This document shows positions 61,076 through 64,000 of a DNA stretch of 64,000 nt, piece after piece. The position numbers were made by a program, and so were the translations under genes. The notes under the pieces are model-generated. The model did no database searches and was not told the DNA's origin. It saw only the letters and a list, made by a program, of their open reading frames with translations. Source of the DNA: Eledone cirrhosa (taxonomy: Eukaryota); assembly GCA_964016885.1 (NCBI GenBank), contig OZ024760.1, positions 17,670,001-17,734,000 of the forward strand, read 5' to 3'. Numbering within the stretch: position 1 is the first letter of the stretch; each line of letters begins with the position of its first letter.

Positions 61076-62402
61076 AGGCAGCGAATTGGCTGAGTCGTTA
61101 GAACGTCGGATAAAATGACAGCCGTTAGAACGTCGGATAAAATGACAGTCGTTAGAACGTCAGATAGAATGACAGTCGTTAGAACGTCAGATAGAATGAC
61201 AGTCGTTAGAACGTCAGGTAGAATGACAGTCGTTAGAACGTCAGATAGAATGACAATCGTCAGAACGTCAGATAGAATGATAGTCGTTAGAACGTCAGAT
61301 AGAATGATAGTCGTTAGAACGTCAGATAGAATGACAGTCGTTAGAACGTCAGATAGAATGACAGTCGTTAGAACGTCAGATAGAATGACAGTCGTTAGAA
61401 CGTCGGATAAAATGACAGTCGTTAGAACGTCGGATAAAATGACAGTCGTTAGAACGTCGGATAAAATGACAGTCGTTAGAACGTCAGATAGAATGACAGT
61501 CGTTAGAACGTCAGATAGAATGGCAGTCGTTAGAACGTCACATAGAATGACTGACGTTCTAACGACTGTTATTTTAACGACTGTCATTCTATGTGACGTT
61601 CTAACGACTGCCATTCTATCTGACGTTCTAACGACTGTCATTCTATCTGACGTTCTAACGACTGTCATTTTATCCGACGTTCTAACGACTGTCATTTTAT
61701 CCGACGTTCTAACGACTGTCATTTTATCCGACGTTCTAACGACTGTCATTCTATCTGACGTTCTAACGACTGTCATTCTATCTGACGTTCTAACGACTGT
61801 CATTCTATCTGACGTTCTAACGACTGTCATTCTATCTGACGTTCTAACGACTGTCACTCTATCTGACGTTCTAATGACTGTCATTCTATCTGACGTTCTA
61901 ACGACTGTTATTTTAACGACTGATAGAATGACAGTCATTAGAACGTCAGATAGAGTGACAGTCGTTAGAACGTCAGATAGAATGACAGTCGTTAGAACGT
62001 CAGATAGAATGACAGTCGTTAGAACGTCAGATAGAATGACAGTCGTTAGAACGTCAAATAGAATGACAGTCGTTAGAACGTCAGATAGAATGACAGTCGT
62101 TAGAACGTCAGATAGAGTGACAATCGTTAGAACGTCGGATAAAATGCTTTAATGGTATTCGTTCCGGCTCTCTGCCCTCTGAGCCCAAAACCTTTCGAGG
62201 TCGATAAAAAAAGTACCAGTATAGTACTGGGGTCGATTCTTCCTCGGTATCTCTTTCTCATTTCCTCTCTCTAACTTTCCATCTTTCTCTGGAAGAATTC
62301 TGCTGTACTCAGGCATGGGGAGGGATGGTTTTCACCAGGCTTAAAAAGGCCCAAAGAATGTCATATGTCAATACGGCGCCCCTTCGACTCTATCAGGAGT
62401 TA
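61076..62402 (+). mobile_element. tRNA-derived SINE (family of 56179-56640) whose head is expanded into a minisatellite; B-box region deleted
   Basis: Head GGCAGCGAATTGGCTGAGTCGTTAGAACG; after the array it continues ATTCGTTCCGGCTCTCTGCCCTCTGAG...TTCGAGGTCGATAAAAAAAGTACCAGTATAGTACTGGGGTCGATTC, collinear with the unexpanded copy. Confidence 0.78.
61093..62147. repeat. 27-bp minisatellite GACAGTCGTTAGAACGTCAGATAGAAT in forward/inverted/forward blocks
   Basis: Forward ~61093-61550 (~17 units), inverted ~61551-61921 (~13), forward ~61922-62147 (~8). Confidence 0.96.
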
Positions 62403-62617
62403 CGGGACAATACCATAGTACCACTTAACTCATCGGAGAGTGATCTCCAACATACACTGGATATGTCTCAATCTTTTCAGCATTGATTTTCCCTCCTGCC
62501 GTGCAAGACTTAACAGTTACCATATCCAGTGCATGTCAGAGATCACCTTCCTACCAGTTAAGTAGCGCCATGTCGTCTGAAAATACTAAATGTCATAATT
62601 TCTTTTCATCGAAGTTT

Positions 62618-62741
62618 GAAAGGATGAGTATTGACGTCAATTCTTATCCTTTTCCATTTTTTAGAGGGTTCTAAACCCCACTATCAGGCTAACATTTCTT
62701 TAGTCAAAAATACGACGAAAGCTTCAACTTCTACTAAATTT
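62618..62741. mobile_element. Partial copy (one arm) of the palindromic MITE at 52927-53141
   Basis: TTTTCCATTTTTAGAGGGTTCTAAACCCCACTATCAGGCTAACATTTCTTTAGTCAAAAATACGACGAAAGCTTC matches the right arm. Confidence 0.72.
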
Positions 62742-62879
62742 CTTTTCATCTCTTTTAACAAATGGTCAACTTTCCAGTTCTTTCGATGTTTCGAACGCTA
62801 CAAAACAAGATTGTGTCATGGCCACAGTTCTTTTCAGTCTTGTGCCATCCTTATGGTGACCTCGATTCATGTGTACGAT

Positions 62880-63850
62880 TTCAATCCCTTGCCAGCGCTT
62901 TAAAGCAAATCCCTCGTCCAAATAGCAATTATTTATGATCTTTTGCTTGCAGGTGAACTTGCACTTGTTGCAACATCTATCAAAGAAGCATGGGAACTTG
63001 TTAATTGATTCTCTATCGTGAATAAAGTTTCCGCTTTCACCATTAAAAAAACTGAAACCGTCTACTATCCAAAGCCCACTCACCCATCAAGCAAATCAGA
63101 AGTACAAAGCATAAACAACCAGTTCGCCAGTTCCCTATCATTCCCATCCATAACAGCTTTCGCTTTCACCATTAAAAAGACTAAAGCTCACCCACCCCTC
63201 AAGCAATTCAAAGGTTTAAAGCAAGTGTGTGCAACATATTCCATTGGCTGGCCACCTTTGAACACTGGAACAACTATTAGGACCATTAATATTTATTAAG
63301 CACTATTCCAAAGATTCACCACAACTTCTTTCCATAACATGGAACTGGGAAATTATAACACACATAACTCTATCAAAACAACTATTAGGGCCATTAATAT
63401 TTATTAAGCACTATTCCAAAGATTCACCACAACTTCTTTCCATAACATGGAACTGGGAAATTATAACACATAACCCTATCAATGAAGCCCTTTAGTTTAG
63501 GTCAACTAACAGAAAATTGTATTACAGTTACGAAAAAAATTCTAAATAAGCCTATAAATAAACCTATTAAAAACGGTCATCGCGGGCCACTCTGACTGGT
63601 CTGGTGAGCCGGATTGTGGCCCACGGGCCGCCTGTTGCACACCCCTGGTTAAAAGCATCAACAACCAGTTCATCAATTCCCTATCACTCCCATCCATAAC
63701 GAAATATGTAGACATTAACATACCTGGGGAGCAGAGTGAACTCAAGTGTCACTCTTAATGATAAAATAGGTAATTGTTTAGCCGAAGCTAGAACTGCTTT
63801 AAGAAAACTTCGTCATTGTCTGTGGGATGAACGGAAACTCTCTCTCTCAG
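62880..63850 (+). mobile_element. Highly decayed RTE/BovB-like LINE RT fragment with an internal duplication and a nested hAT element
   Basis: IYDLLLAGELALVATSIKEAWELVN*FSIVNKVSAFTIKKTETVYYPKP (degenerate FADD region), then TYLGSRVNSSVTLNDKIGNCLAEARTALRKLRHCLW; 63031-63155 is duplicated from 63160 onward. Confidence 0.65.
63222..63647. mobile_element. Non-autonomous hAT (Charlie-like) element, 426 bp
   Basis: TIRs CAAGTGTGTGCAAC (63222-63235) / GTTGCACACCCCTG (63634-63647); 8-bp TSD GTTTAAAG / GTTAAAAG; subterminal GCGGGCC..GGCCCACGGGCCG; internal 108-bp tandem duplication (63269/63377). Confidence 0.8.
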
Positions 63851-64000
63851 CTCTACATAATCCCTGCCTCTCTGGGTCAAGTAATGCCCGGCCCTTCTGG
63901 TCTTGCCTGAATTGTCTCTCAACAGCTGTTGGTCGCTGTAGAGCCAACCTTCAGAGATAGGAACATGCCACCGATGATGATTCCAACTGCCAATGTATGT

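Larger units (their letters stand above)
60930..62465 (+). mobile_element. RTE LINE RT catalytic region (FADD at 61049-61060) split by a SINE insertion
   Basis: IIFINRIDKHNEVQSDTKSSQYRISRLIFADDIVLL ends at ~61073 and resumes as LNSSESDLQHTLD at ~62424; degenerate TSD ATAGTACTTCTT (61061-61072) / ATAGTACCACTT (62415-62426). Confidence 0.75.

Noticed and set aside
61003-62152. 311-aa and 345-aa ORFs of MTVVRTSDR / VILSDVLTT repeats
   Set aside because: A 27-bp unit is an in-frame multiple of three without stops; it derives from a SINE head, not a gene.

Overview
Gene-free, repeat-dominated eukaryotic DNA. The microsatellite density, tRNA-SINE types and RTE LINE relics suggest a cephalopod such as Octopus, but this is inference only. 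Bases 1-46768 are one complex satellite built from two monomers sharing the core GGGGAGATAATTT: a 25-bp unit CAAGGGGAGATAATTTCCAGCCGTC and a 26-29-bp unit CAGGGGGAGATAATTTGT(A7-10)T. The monomers follow a rule-like order, include kb-scale tandem duplications (~6.2-6.4 kb, 3655 bp, ~4110 bp) and end in a pure CCGGC-variant 25-mer edge. The remaining 17 kb holds (TA)n/(CA)n microsatellites, a 30-bp minisatellite, tRNA-derived SINEs, decayed RTE-clade LINE pieces, a hAT-type MITE and palindromic elements. Several short fold-back elements sitting in or next to (TA)n tracts carry type I hammerhead ribozyme motifs: near-intact at 46864-46916 (-) and 59234-59300 (+), with inverted or degenerate copies nearby. 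This points to Penelope-like/retrozyme-type retroelements. A second notable structure is nested: a 27-bp minisatellite with two fold-back inversions, amplified from a SINE head, in a SINE that inserted just after the FADD motif of an RTE reverse transcriptase. No intact protein-coding gene is supported; the long ORFs are repeat-translation artefacts.
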